This document shows, piece after piece, positions 47,402-57,494 of a stretch of 64,000 nucleotides of DNA. The DNA lies in the IMG/VR virus record IMGVR_UViG_2974511964_000001, positions 32,001 to 96,000 of that record; one strand, 5' to 3'. Within the stretch, counting starts at the first letter, position 1; each line of letters starts with the position of its first letter. Origin of the DNA: a virus (taxonomy: Duplodnaviria > Caudoviricetes). The notes under the pieces are model-generated. The model worked only from the letters and a program-made list of their open reading frames with translations, was not told the DNA's origin and ran no database searches. A program made the position numbers and the translations under genes.

Positions 47402-49024
47402 ATGAAAAAATTTGATACCCAAAATAATAAGCGAGCATACATTGATTCATTGATTGAGCAACAAGACTACATTGACCCTAGGTACAATATTCATCTGTTT
47501 TCTAAGGAACGTGGTGTATACTCTGGGGTTGTTCGTTCGTTAGAGTCGCGTTCAGGCCAAGTAGACCGATTTAAGTATTACGGGTTTATTATTAACTTCC
47601 CAGAGACTTACTTTAGTTTAGAAGGTATCTCAGGTAAGAAATTAGCTAATAATGCTAAGAACTTAGGTGATGTATTTAGTAACTCCGAAGCTTTATCAGA
47701 ACAGGGGTTAAATATGCTAGTAGTTGTTGGTAATTGTCTGGCTAATATGGGTGATGAATACAGTGATAACTTAGGACGAGGCATCTATCGAGCAATTAAA
47801 AAATATCCAGCTTCTGAGCAAGTTTATATCAATTTTAAGGAACATACTAATTCTTACTTTATTCGTAGTGTACAATCATTAGATAATGCTAAGCACCGTG
47901 AATATATTAGTGCCAATGGAAATGATGAGGGCTATACTTTTAATCTACGTAAGGCGTGGGGAGTTAGTAAAGGTAACTTCAAGTTGCTAAAGGACATGGG
48001 ATACCGTGACGGTGTAGAGGTGTATGGTGACAGCAACAAGAACTTTAATCAACGGTTATCTTTACTACGATTAGCACGTACCTATGCTCATGAAGTAGAT
48101 GATGAACGAGGTTATCATGACGCCGATAAGTGGTTCAAAAGTTTATACGAGGAGTTCATGGATAATCCTTATAGGACGGTAGACCAGCACGACGATGATT
48201 TCTTCTGGTATAGTGTGCCTAATATTTATCAAGCTTCGATGTTAGCTACTAATGATAAACAAGCGTGGATGCATACGGTTAAATACTTTTATGGTAGCTT
48301 ATACCACCAACAAGCAATTGATAGCGTTAGAGGGGCTGGGCGCTTGTATCTAGACTATGCTGACTTAGTTAAAGATTTCGATAGTTGGGTGCGTTACCCT
48401 CGTTACTTAAAAGTAGCTCATGATATTGCTATTCGTAATACACATGCTTTACACAACTTTGAAGATAATCATGGTATTATCAATAAGTACCACAAGTATA
48501 ACCATCTTGAAGGCACTAATGGCGACTACAGCTTTATGCTAGCCTACGATGCGAAAGAAATTGTTGATGAAGGCCAACAACAAAGTAACTGTGTGGCAGG
48601 GTATGTTGATAGTGTTGCTACTGGTCAATCCTTGATTATGTTCTTACGTAAGGAGCAAGCTAAGTCATGGGTCACTATTGAACTACGTCAGAATAATGAT
48701 AATACGCTGACAATGTGTCAAGTGTTTGAACCATTTAATGCACCTTTGCATGATGAATCAAAACAGGCTTTACACGCATGGGCTAAGTTAAATAATATTA
48801 ATATTGCTAAGAGCATTGGTGGTTGCAGTGATACTACTGGATGGGATAAGCAGTATAAGAAGCAATTCCGTGTAATGCAACCTCTAGCTGATAGCCCTCG
48901 TATGGATAAGGTTAAAAAAGAGATGGCTGAATACCAGAAGCAAGTAGAAGCTAATAAGGACGAAAAGGCTAAGTTAACCAGTAAGTTTGAAGAAGTCAAT
49001 GCAAAAATTAAAAAAGCAGTTTAA
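47402..49024 (+). CDS. PcfJ-domain protein
   Basis: Y.DY, YPRYLK.AHD, EGQQQSNCVAGY, IMFLR, VTIEL. Confidence 0.8.
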   Translation: MKKFDTQNNKRAYIDSLIEQQDYIDPRYNIHLFSKERGVYSGVVRSLESRSGQVDRFKYYGFIINFPETYFSLEGISGKKLANNAKNLGDVFSNSEALSEQGLNMLVVVGNCLANMGDEYSDNLGRGIYRAIKKYPASEQVYINFKEHTNSYFIRSVQSLDNAKHREYISANGNDEGYTFNLRKAWGVSKGNFKLLKDMGYRDGVEVYGDSNKNFNQRLSLLRLARTYAHEVDDERGYHDADKWFKSLYEEFMDNPYRTVDQHDDDFFWYSVPNIYQASMLATNDKQAWMHTVKYFYGSLYHQQAIDSVRGAGRLYLDYADLVKDFDSWVRYPRYLKVAHDIAIRNTHALHNFEDNHGIINKYHKYNHLEGTNGDYSFMLAYDAKEIVDEGQQQSNCVAGYVDSVATGQSLIMFLRKEQAKSWVTIELRQNNDNTLTMCQVFEPFNAPLHDESKQALHAWAKLNNINIAKSIGGCSDTTGWDKQYKKQFRVMQPLADSPRMDKVKKEMAEYQKQVEANKDEKAKLTSKFEEVNAKIKKAV

Positions 49025-49087
49025 GCTTGCATTATCCAAACTAGTATGTTATGATTAGTTCATCAAATGAAGAGGAGATTTTAAATT

Positions 49088-50410
49088 ATGAAATTTGTTA
49101 ATCAAAGTGCACCAGTAACCACTAAGAAGTTGGCTGTAGGGTCATTAGTTATTGAAAATATTGGAAAACGTTTGTCACCGGATTCAGTAGCCGGGCTAAA
49201 GGTAGATGACTACCATGTACTAGCATTGGGCGATAATGAAGCTAAGTTAGTGAAAATTGAAGATGGCGTTGACAATCACTTTAAGGTAACCGTAGACCCT
49301 AACCGAGTAGGTATCGGTTTAGAACCATCAGTTATGGATATTATCAATAATCGCATGGCAACGTCTACTTATACAGACCATTCCTTAGATTTTCCAGACA
49401 CTGATGATGACTTGTACACACAAGTAAAGGATTCAGTACCAATGCCGATTGATAAGGAACCCTCAACCTTAGACCAGTTAGTAGCCATTGTTAGTGATTT
49501 TTCAGTTACAAAGTATGGTCGTTTATCTAAGTTGGCAAAATTACGAGATGTAGCTGATACCTCAGATGTAGCTGAATTGATTGATGGAGCTATCAAGGAT
49601 TTAAAGGGTAAGCATATGAGTGCCAGTGATATTGCGGATAAGTACAAGGCACTAGCTAATGATTTACAAGCTAATTGCAACGATGATGATAGTGATGACG
49701 AACCCGTAACTAAACCTAATTACAAGAGAGCTATTCACTCAGCAGGGGAAGCAATTGCTAAGGCGGTATCTAGTTTTAATACATCTAAGGTAAGCGAAAC
49801 CTTATCTAAGCTAGCCGAAGAAGCCAAGACTACCAAATTAGACACTAAAGACCTAGAAAATGATGACTACTTAAAGTTCTTAGATAAGTATTTTTCAGAA
49901 TTAAAGAATAGTAAGTTGTCTAATAGCGAAATTGTAGCCTACCTTGATAAGTTGCAATTAGATGATGAATACTTGCAAAAAGGTATTAGTAATCTAAAGG
50001 ATAAAATTAAAGAAGGCACCGAAGACGCTGGTAAGATGCTAGAATTGGCTAAAGATGAATTGGACTCTCAATTCCAATTACGATTAGGGTTAGATAAGCT
50101 AATGTCATTATTAGGGTTTGAAAAAGAGGATGATTCCAAAGATGACGATGACGACCTCACTGATGATGATGATGATACCTTATTAGAATTGTTTGATGAA
50201 GTTTTTGACTCATATTATAAAGAAGGTGCTCCTAGCGATGAAGAAGCTAAGTTGCTTGTTCGGGTACTAACGACCGCTGGGTATATTGAAGATGACGACT
50301 TATACAAGTTCACTAAGAAAGTTATCTATAAGCTTACCGAAGATGATTATAAAGATAATGCTGAAAAAGTAATGGCTGATTTAGCAGAAGAATACGAACA
50401 AAAGTTTTAA
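49088..50410 (+). CDS. Very acidic hypothetical protein
   Basis: Poly-Asp tracts; own promoter TTGCAT-17-TATGAT. Confidence 0.65.
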   Translation: MKFVNQSAPVTTKKLAVGSLVIENIGKRLSPDSVAGLKVDDYHVLALGDNEAKLVKIEDGVDNHFKVTVDPNRVGIGLEPSVMDIINNRMATSTYTDHSLDFPDTDDDLYTQVKDSVPMPIDKEPSTLDQLVAIVSDFSVTKYGRLSKLAKLRDVADTSDVAELIDGAIKDLKGKHMSASDIADKYKALANDLQANCNDDDSDDEPVTKPNYKRAIHSAGEAIAKAVSSFNTSKVSETLSKLAEEAKTTKLDTKDLENDDYLKFLDKYFSELKNSKLSNSEIVAYLDKLQLDDEYLQKGISNLKDKIKEGTEDAGKMLELAKDELDSQFQLRLGLDKLMSLLGFEKEDDSKDDDDDLTDDDDDTLLELFDEVFDSYYKEGAPSDEEAKLLVRVLTTAGYIEDDDLYKFTKKVIYKLTEDDYKDNAEKVMADLAEEYEQKF

Positions 50411-50417
50411 TTAAATT

Positions 50418-50440
50418 GAGCCTGATGAGGGCTCTTTTTA
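50418..50440 (+). terminator. Intrinsic terminator
   Basis: GAGCC-loop-GGCTC followed by a T run. Confidence 0.6.
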
Positions 50441-50509
50441 TTACATATAATATTGACACTAACATCTTAGTATGATATGATATACCTATAAACAATAGGA
50501 GGGATTAAT

Positions 50510-51106
50510 ATGAACTTGAATTTGGAAACTGAGGAGCTAAAAACATTATTACCACATTGCAAAGTAACTGATGATTATGTTGCTTTCTTCTCAGATAAAA
50601 GTGTGTTTAGCAATGGGTATGATTGTGAGTTTAACTATGATGACAAGGGCGTACATAGCGCTCAACAAGCCTTAGTATATGGAAAAGCTTTATTGTTGGG
50701 AGATTACTCCATAGCAGAAAAGGTATTAGATACTAAGAATACCCCTATGGCTTATCACAACCTAAACAAGCAGATTAATGGTGATGTTAACTTATGGGAA
50801 AATTATCGTAGTCGAGTAATGATTTCTATTTTAGACGATAAGTTTAATGATAGCGAACGTCTATACTTGCTTAAAGCTACTGGTAACCGTAAGCTGTTAC
50901 TAGCATCCCCTTATGATAGCATTTGGGGTATTGGTGCCGGTCTTAGCAAGGTAGATACGGTATGGGATAGTTATACTGGTAAAAACTTGTTGGGTGAGTC
51001 TTTGATGAAAGTACGCAACAATAACTACAAATCATGGCCGGTATTCACTGCTCAAACACAGGAAGCTGATATTTATAGTACCTCTGCTAGCTTGCTGTCA
51101 TACTAA
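50510..51106 (+). CDS. NADAR/YbiA-family protein
   Basis: FSN.Y, KA..GD, W, KF, L.ATG, ASPYD.IWGIG, G.NLLG..LMKVR; promoter TTGACA at 50453. Confidence 0.88.
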   Translation: MNLNLETEELKTLLPHCKVTDDYVAFFSDKSVFSNGYDCEFNYDDKGVHSAQQALVYGKALLLGDYSIAEKVLDTKNTPMAYHNLNKQINGDVNLWENYRSRVMISILDDKFNDSERLYLLKATGNRKLLLASPYDSIWGIGAGLSKVDTVWDSYTGKNLLGESLMKVRNNNYKSWPVFTAQTQEADIYSTSASLLSY

Positions 51107-51116
51107 GGAGGGTACT

Positions 51117-51614
51117 ATGAAACCACTCATAATTGCGGTATTGATAACCTTTTACTGTATTGCCTTAGCACTTAGCTGGTGTACAGCCCTCGAACGTTTT
51201 GCTAATCCTAATAACGAGGTAGGACAGTCACTGTTAGACAGTTCAATAGCAATGCTCATAGCTACAGTAGCAACACTGTATCTTCTAATTGGTGGCAGTG
51301 TGGTATCGTCAAGAACTGTGCATACTAGTTATCCAATTGATAGGGTTGCTAGAACGGGTGACTATGTAACTGTTGCTGCTAAGGGGCATAAGGATATTAG
51401 AATTGACCTAAGTAAAACTAAGTCGGAGCCCTATAGTGATAAGGATGTTGTTAGAATTACTGATGAACAATATATCACTAGTGTTAAACTGTTCCAAGCT
51501 ATGTTTGGCAGCGAGGTACTCGGGCACGATAAACATTATTCAGTATACCTAGATGGTCCAGACACTATTAGAGATTTATACAGCACAGGCAAGGGGTTCA
51601 CACATACTAATTAA
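51117..51614 (+). CDS. Membrane protein (paralog of the next gene)
   Basis: Two N-terminal TMs; YCI.L..SW, VA..G..VT, DK.Y.VYL shared with the next ORF. Confidence 0.65.
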   Translation: MKPLIIAVLITFYCIALALSWCTALERFANPNNEVGQSLLDSSIAMLIATVATLYLLIGGSVVSSRTVHTSYPIDRVARTGDYVTVAAKGHKDIRIDLSKTKSEPYSDKDVVRITDEQYITSVKLFQAMFGSEVLGHDKHYSVYLDGPDTIRDLYSTGKGFTHTN

Positions 51615-51626
51615 GGAGGTTAAATT

Positions 51627-52103
51627 TTGGCATTTATAATTGTAGTAGCTATGATTGCATATTGTATAGTTTTATCGTTTAGTTGGTATAATGCTATTGG
51701 ATATCTTAAGGACCCTCATAGTGGCGACTTTGAAGATATTCTGATTGGCTTAACAGTAGTTACATCAATAGTTTTAATGTTTGTTGTAAGTCTTTCAGTG
51801 CTTTATGACAGAGATGTTAGTACAAGCATCAGAATTACTGAGGTAGCTAAAGTTGGTAATCGAGTGACTGCTATCCATAACGGCGCTGAAATAACTAAAG
51901 TTAATATTGACAAGGTTAAGATAAGTGAGAATAATCATGACTATGTAAAGGTTGAAAATAGCCAGAAAATCATGCGGAGTAAAACGATGCAAGCTATAAA
52001 AGGTTCTAAAATACTAACACAGGATAAGGAATATACTGTTTATCTAGGTAATAGAAGTACCCTAAATGAATTAGGAATAAGGGTTCATAAAAGTAATAAA
52101 TAA
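51627..52103 (+). CDS. Membrane protein (paralog of the previous gene)
   Basis: Same shared motifs as the previous ORF. Confidence 0.65.
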   Translation: MAFIIVVAMIAYCIVLSFSWYNAIGYLKDPHSGDFEDILIGLTVVTSIVLMFVVSLSVLYDRDVSTSIRITEVAKVGNRVTAIHNGAEITKVNIDKVKISENNHDYVKVENSQKIMRSKTMQAIKGSKILTQDKEYTVYLGNRSTLNELGIRVHKSNK

Positions 52104-52106
52104 GTA

Positions 52107-52136
52107 TTGACAAAGGGTGCTTTAACTGGTACCCTT
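52107..52136 (+). promoter_or_regulatory. Hairpin promoter cassette, copy 3 (divergent, covarying stem)
   Basis: TTGACAAAGGGTGC-TTTAACTG-GTACCCTT. Confidence 0.75.
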
Positions 52137-52175
52137 ATATACATAAACAAATACAATGAGAGTAGATGACAACTG

Positions 52176-52805
52176 ATGGGATTATCAAATCGAGACAAGC
52201 GGATTTTAGCAAGTAAACAAATTTACATGAGCAGATATAGCTTTCCATATCATGAGATGGCTGAGTTTCTGAACTCCGATAAGTTTATTAATATGTCTAT
52301 TGGAGACATTATTGAAACACCTCAGCTAGGAGAGGGGTTGTACGTAGACTACATTAAACGTCCCAAGTTAAAGAGTCACCTTGATAAAGAATTTGTAGAA
52401 CTGTCTTTAACTAGTAAAAGACTAGACACTTTAAAATATTCTAACAAATGCATTTGTTGTGGGCTAGAAGGAGTAGCGTTTAATCCTAGTATGTCATCAT
52501 GTACTAAAGGGTACAGAGGGCATATTAACCTTTACAGCAATAAAGGAGTATTATTTACAGTTGACCATTTAAAACCCCACTCTCTGGGCGGACGAACAGA
52601 AGCAGATAATTTAGTAACTTGCTGTATTGAGTGTAATAACTTGAAGGGTTCAACCTACAAGCCGTGGAGCTGGATTCGAGAACAGATTTTAAGAAGTAAA
52701 GGCGATATTAATAAACTATCCAACCAGCTAACTGGTGGGGGCCATTCAACTAACTACTTAACAAGCGTTTACGAAAGAATTTTATGGGAGGAGGATAACA
52801 AATGA
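52176..52805 (+). CDS. HNH endonuclease
   Basis: CICC, TVDHLKPHSLGG....NL..CC.ECN..KG. Confidence 0.85.
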   Translation: MGLSNRDKRILASKQIYMSRYSFPYHEMAEFLNSDKFINMSIGDIIETPQLGEGLYVDYIKRPKLKSHLDKEFVELSLTSKRLDTLKYSNKCICCGLEGVAFNPSMSSCTKGYRGHINLYSNKGVLFTVDHLKPHSLGGRTEADNLVTCCIECNNLKGSTYKPWSWIREQILRSKGDINKLSNQLTGGGHSTNYLTSVYERILWEEDNK

Positions 52806-53218
52806 GAGTTAAGGACACAAAAGTAGGTCAAAAATTATACCTTAATTACTATGATTCAGACAAGGACAAAGTGATTCAGAAAGAAGTGTATGCTACTAAG
52901 GTAAACACTCAGAGGCTCTATTTCAGTACTAATCCCCATACTGATAACCTTTCTTATCAGTGGGTGAAATCTTCTGGTAAGTACCCTAAGATATACCGAG
53001 CAAACTTTTTAGAAATGTATTATTTATCGGATATTCCAGAGTTCACCGGATACTGGGAAAAACATATCGAGCAACGAGCATACTACCATAAAACGTTGAC
53101 AGAAAAGCTTAATGCTATGCTAATGGAAGGTAACACTAAGAAGCTAAGATTAGTAGCGGATAAACTAGATTATATTGACAGATATACAACAAAAGATTAT
53201 TGGGAAGAAGGAAAATAA
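52802..53218 (+). CDS. Hypothetical protein
   Basis: ORF with RBS. Confidence 0.55.
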   Translation: MRVKDTKVGQKLYLNYYDSDKDKVIQKEVYATKVNTQRLYFSTNPHTDNLSYQWVKSSGKYPKIYRANFLEMYYLSDIPEFTGYWEKHIEQRAYYHKTLTEKLNAMLMEGNTKKLRLVADKLDYIDRYTTKDYWEEGK

Positions 53219-53220
53219 TA

Positions 53221-53703
53221 ATGACAAATCAAAAGACAGCTTACTATGCCGGAGGTTGGTTTAATGATGTACAGTGTAAACTATTATCCGATGGAAAGAA
53301 AGCTTTAATTGCTAATTCTACAGTTGACTTTGACAACTCGTATGTACCATTAGAACATCAATATAAAGGGCTAGACGTTGATAGCCACCCTGAATTAATG
53401 CAAGACCAAGAATGGCAAGCTGGCACCTATCTAGGAGATGTATCAGGTATCTCTGGCACAGACTTAGTGGTAGCTTTTATTGACCCTGATGAAGTAGACC
53501 CCGGGACTACGTTTGAAATGGGATATGGTATGGCTATTCACAAGCCAGTGGTGGTTGTTATTCCAGATAAGCCAGAAGGAGAAGTTACCGAACTTAATCT
53601 AATGGTAGCCAAAGGATGTACCCAAGTAATCACAATGAGTGAATTAGTGACTTTTAACTTTAACCTTATTCCAGCTAAGCCATATTTAGGTAAAGTATTT
53701 TAA
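53221..53703 (+). CDS. Nucleoside 2-deoxyribosyltransferase
   Basis: Y.AGGWF, PLEHQYKG, D..G...D, DPGT.FEMG, NLM, as in Lactobacillus NDT. Confidence 0.88.
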   Translation: MTNQKTAYYAGGWFNDVQCKLLSDGKKALIANSTVDFDNSYVPLEHQYKGLDVDSHPELMQDQEWQAGTYLGDVSGISGTDLVVAFIDPDEVDPGTTFEMGYGMAIHKPVVVVIPDKPEGEVTELNLMVAKGCTQVITMSELVTFNFNLIPAKPYLGKVF

Positions 53704-53710
53704 ATAAATA

Positions 53711-53742
53711 TTGACAAAGCATATCAGAAATTGTATGCTTTT
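53711..53742 (+). promoter_or_regulatory. Hairpin promoter/terminator cassette, copy 4
   Basis: TTGACAAAGCATATCAGAAATTGTATGCTTTT. Confidence 0.85.
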
Positions 53743-53765
53743 ATTATAGAAAGAAGGAATAAAAT

Positions 53766-56156
53766 ATGAGAGTCATTTATTGTACAGTAGGAATGCCAGC
53801 ATCTGGCAAGAGTACATTTTTGAAGCATTCACCATTAAAAGATTATGTGGTTGCTACTGATGAGTTACGTAAACTGGTATCAACACCACAAATTAATTAT
53901 ACACCTGACACTGATGCAATTACTGTTGGGTTAAATAATGACATTAATAAAAAGATTTGGGATATGACTTATACACTGGTTGAGGATAGAATGAAGAACG
54001 GTGAAACTATTGCAGTTGATGCAACTTTTCTGTTTAAGTCTCCCTTCTCAACTATTAAAAAGTTATGTAAGCTATACAATTATCGTTTGATTACAATTGA
54101 TTTTATTAATACCGGATTATCTTTTGAACAATTATTAGACCGAAATAATAATATTGACCGAGTGCAAGAGCACAAGGATGTATCTTATGATACTATGAAG
54201 AAGTTCTGGAATCGCCAGCAGAATATCACTGTCCCTAACAACTGGAACATGATTAAACCCGAAGAGCTAGAACAATCATTAGCTTGGCACTGCTCCAATG
54301 TTGACAACTATAAACAAGTTATCGTTATTGGGGATATTCACAGTAGCTACACAGTATTAACTGCTGCTCTTAAAGACAATGACCCAATTGATAACCCTGA
54401 TAAGTTATATGTTTTCTTAGGGGACTACTTAGACCGAGGAACTAAACCAGCAGAAACATTCAAGTGGCTATATGAACGCAAGGATTTACCTAATATGGTT
54501 CTACTACGAGGTAACCATGAGTATCATTTAGAACACCACTACCAAGGACTACCTATCACTAATAGTGGTGCTCGTAAGGAAACAATTCCAGCATTATATA
54601 AAGCAGGTATTACTAAGGAAGATATTCGTAAGTTTGTCCGTAAGCTACAAGATGTTTACTATATTGAATATCATGGTCAAAAGTATTTATTCAGCCATGC
54701 TGGGGTTCCTACAACCCCTGAGTTTTTAAAGACAACCACAGGCATTCCACTATTTGTGGATACTAAAATTGGCTTAGAAGAAATTAACCTATTAGATGAA
54801 TCTGTGTTTACTAAGGGTATTGGTGGTTTTAAAATTAATCTAGAACAATACAATCATGATTATAGTAATAGCACGGTTTACCCAATTCAAATTCACGGCC
54901 ACCGCAATGTTCAGCTTAACAAGGCTAAGTGGGATAATACCATCAACCTAGAACAACAAGTAGATACTGGGGGTAACTTAGCCATGGTAGTGCTAACGGG
55001 TGATAAGCATGAGATTAAGCTGGTTAAAAATAACGACTTTGACTATGCCTACGCTACTGACAAGGCCGATATTGATTTAAATATCCTTAGTAATGAACAG
55101 GTTAAAGACATTATGGAAAGAACCAAAGGGATTAGACAGAAACGTGATGCTAGTGGATTAACTGCTAACAACTTTACCCCAGAAGTTTTTTATGGTGATA
55201 ATTTTAATAAGTTTAGTGTAACTGCCAGAGGTCTATTTACTGACAGCAATGGTGATGTGCAACTACGTGGGTTTAACAAGTTCTTTGTTCTCGACCAGCG
55301 TCCTGAAACCAAGCTAACCGCAGTGCTAAAGAATGCTAAATACCCTGTGGTTGCTGCTAAAAAGTACGATGGTCACTTATCCTTACTAGGGTGGTACGAC
55401 GGGAAGCCCCGTATGTTTACCAAGAGTGGCTCGACTAATCTAGCCAAGGTTGACTGGCATAACTTTAGTCGGTACCTGCACGATATTGATAGGTATACAT
55501 TCATGGAAGACTGGCTAAAATTGCATCAGAATAAGACGATTTTAATGGAGTCTCTTAACGAAGCCGAAGATGCTCACTTAGTGGATACTCATGGTAAGGT
55601 TGGCTTTAGATTGTTAGAAGTAATTGAAAATAAGTATGAGCCTACTGGTGGACGTAATTTCACAGATACTAACTTGCTAACCGCATTACTAGGGGAAACT
55701 GACAAATGCTACTTTAAGATGGCTGAACGGTATGAAATTGCTAATGACAGGGAATTAATGGAACTAATTAATAGTTCTAAACAAACTAACTACAAGTTGC
55801 CATTGGGTAGTTACTATCAAGGGATTGACCCAACTACTTATGAAGGTTGGGTATTGACATTTGCTGATGGTTTTAAGATTAAGGTTAAAAATGCCTATTT
55901 CTTAGCAATCAAAGAATTTCGTAATAAGCTAGAAGTGGCCTTAGATAACCCAATGTATTATAAGGGTAACGCTTGGAATAACCTAGTTGACCGCAGTTAT
56001 AATGAACAAGCTAAGCGATTATTAAGAGCTGTTGCTGGTAAAGAGTTTGCACCTTTCTTTGAAAATCGAGATAAAATGAGTAATATTGACCTACCACAAG
56101 CTTTGAAAGCTACTGGGCTAGACCATAATAAGATTGTTGAAATTGTGAGTGACTAA
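53766..56156 (+). CDS. RNA repair enzyme: polynucleotide kinase + metallophosphoesterase + RNA ligase
   Basis: GMPASGKST; GDIH, GDYLDRG, GNHE, HAG, HGH; RGLF, F.KFF, KYDG, EGWV, KVK. Confidence 0.88.
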   Translation: MRVIYCTVGMPASGKSTFLKHSPLKDYVVATDELRKLVSTPQINYTPDTDAITVGLNNDINKKIWDMTYTLVEDRMKNGETIAVDATFLFKSPFSTIKKLCKLYNYRLITIDFINTGLSFEQLLDRNNNIDRVQEHKDVSYDTMKKFWNRQQNITVPNNWNMIKPEELEQSLAWHCSNVDNYKQVIVIGDIHSSYTVLTAALKDNDPIDNPDKLYVFLGDYLDRGTKPAETFKWLYERKDLPNMVLLRGNHEYHLEHHYQGLPITNSGARKETIPALYKAGITKEDIRKFVRKLQDVYYIEYHGQKYLFSHAGVPTTPEFLKTTTGIPLFVDTKIGLEEINLLDESVFTKGIGGFKINLEQYNHDYSNSTVYPIQIHGHRNVQLNKAKWDNTINLEQQVDTGGNLAMVVLTGDKHEIKLVKNNDFDYAYATDKADIDLNILSNEQVKDIMERTKGIRQKRDASGLTANNFTPEVFYGDNFNKFSVTARGLFTDSNGDVQLRGFNKFFVLDQRPETKLTAVLKNAKYPVVAAKKYDGHLSLLGWYDGKPRMFTKSGSTNLAKVDWHNFSRYLHDIDRYTFMEDWLKLHQNKTILMESLNEAEDAHLVDTHGKVGFRLLEVIENKYEPTGGRNFTDTNLLTALLGETDKCYFKMAERYEIANDRELMELINSSKQTNYKLPLGSYYQGIDPTTYEGWVLTFADGFKIKVKNAYFLAIKEFRNKLEVALDNPMYYKGNAWNNLVDRSYNEQAKRLLRAVAGKEFAPFFENRDKMSNIDLPQALKATGLDHNKIVEIVSD

Positions 56157-56170
56157 ATTAAAATAATGTA

Positions 56171-56202
56171 TTGACAAAGGATACCATAGATGGTATCCTT
56201 TT
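56171..56202 (+). promoter_or_regulatory. Hairpin promoter/terminator cassette, copy 5
   Basis: TTGACAAAGGATACCATAGATGGTATCCTTTT; near-identical to copy 2 through the RBS. Confidence 0.85.
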
Positions 56203-56231
56203 ATTATAGAAAAAGAAAGAAGGATACTAGT

Positions 56232-56663
56232 ATGAGTAAATATGTAATTGCGTTAAATGAAGACGTTGAAATTTTAGATGGTGAACAGTATGACACGCTA
56301 GATGATGCAAAGGGTGTTGCTACTTCAATTTTAAAACAGCTAAGTTCTGATACCTCCAAGACTCTTGATGACTATGAAGACTTAGTATGCGAATATCTAG
56401 CTGATGAAGACGAAACTGTTGACAGTTTAACAATTTTAGAGATTACCCCAGCTTGTTTCCCTGATTTTGGGGATATGATTTTAGATGGGCTAGCGGATTA
56501 TAGTATCAGTGAAGGCAATATTGATGAGGAATACCCGGAAGCCACAAGTAAAGAACAAGATGAATTAAATGAACTCGTAACCAAGTGGATGACTGAAAAA
56601 GGATATACCCCTAACTGGTATAACACAGAATCTGTATGTTTAGTAGAATTGGAGGAAAAATAA
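56232..56663 (+). CDS. Highly acidic early protein
   Basis: D/E-rich; ATG at 56232 after RBS. Confidence 0.65.
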   Translation: MSKYVIALNEDVEILDGEQYDTLDDAKGVATSILKQLSSDTSKTLDDYEDLVCEYLADEDETVDSLTILEITPACFPDFGDMILDGLADYSISEGNIDEEYPEATSKEQDELNELVTKWMTEKGYTPNWYNTESVCLVELEEK

Positions 56664-56664
56664 A

Positions 56665-56946
56665 ATGAAAATTAATGACAACCGTAATGATGACTGGAAG
56701 CTCGGGGATGTTTTATATGATAATATTTCTGAAAATTACTATTTAATTGCAAGCTACAAGCACGAAATAGGATTAGTTAATTTAGAAAGCGGGATTTCTG
56801 TGCTATCCCATAATCATGATGAATATCGTACTATCATTAACTCAGATAATTCAAATAAAAATGTGGTAAAACAAATTTTGAAACATTACAATGGAAAAGA
56901 AGATTTAGTTAAGATTGACAATGCTTACTTGAATGTGGAGGATTAA
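56665..56946 (+). CDS. Hypothetical protein (paralog of the next gene)
   Basis: MKI...DWK.GD...L.NLE.G shared. Confidence 0.6.
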   Translation: MKINDNRNDDWKLGDVLYDNISENYYLIASYKHEIGLVNLESGISVLSHNHDEYRTIINSDNSNKNVVKQILKHYNGKEDLVKIDNAYLNVED

Positions 56947-56950
56947 TAAA

Positions 56951-57238
56951 ATGAAAATTGATTATGATAATGCTAAACACGATAATGATAAATATAATAC
57001 TGCTAAACAGGATTGGAAAGTAGGGGACATAATCCAAGATGACCTCATTGGCGGCGGTTTGTTTATGGTAGCTGAGGTTCCTATTGATGACTATGTTCTC
57101 TATACGTTGATTAATTTAGAAGAAGGGCGTAGCTTGGTATGTACTAATACTGTTAGTGAACTACAACAAACCTATCAGGAAAAGGGTGATAGGGTTCTTA
57201 ACGGGACTTTTAAGTATATTGGTGGGGATGACAAGTAA
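56951..57238 (+). CDS. Hypothetical protein (paralog of the previous gene)
   Basis: Same shared motifs as the previous ORF. Confidence 0.6.
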   Translation: MKIDYDNAKHDNDKYNTAKQDWKVGDIIQDDLIGGGLFMVAEVPIDDYVLYTLINLEEGRSLVCTNTVSELQQTYQEKGDRVLNGTFKYIGGDDK

Positions 57239-57305
57239 GGAGTAATTTTATGTATAAAATTAGGATGACTGATAAAGCTCATAAAGTGTTTGGTGAGGTT
57301 AAATA

Positions 57306-57494
57306 ATGAGCTGGTTTAATAGAAATAAAAATTGTCCGTATTGTACTCAAACAATGCCTTTTATGAGTAGGGAAGGGATTGAGTTGAGGATTGTATATGG
57401 TAACCAACTATTTACAAGTTATGAAAGTAAACAGATTAATATCACTATTAACTATTGCCCAATGTGTGGTAGAAAGCTGATGGGAGTTAAATAA
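57306..57494 (+). CDS. Small zinc-ribbon protein
   Basis: CPYC...INYCPMCGRKL. Confidence 0.7.
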   Translation: MSWFNRNKNCPYCTQTMPFMSREGIELRIVYGNQLFTSYESKQINITINYCPMCGRKLMGVK

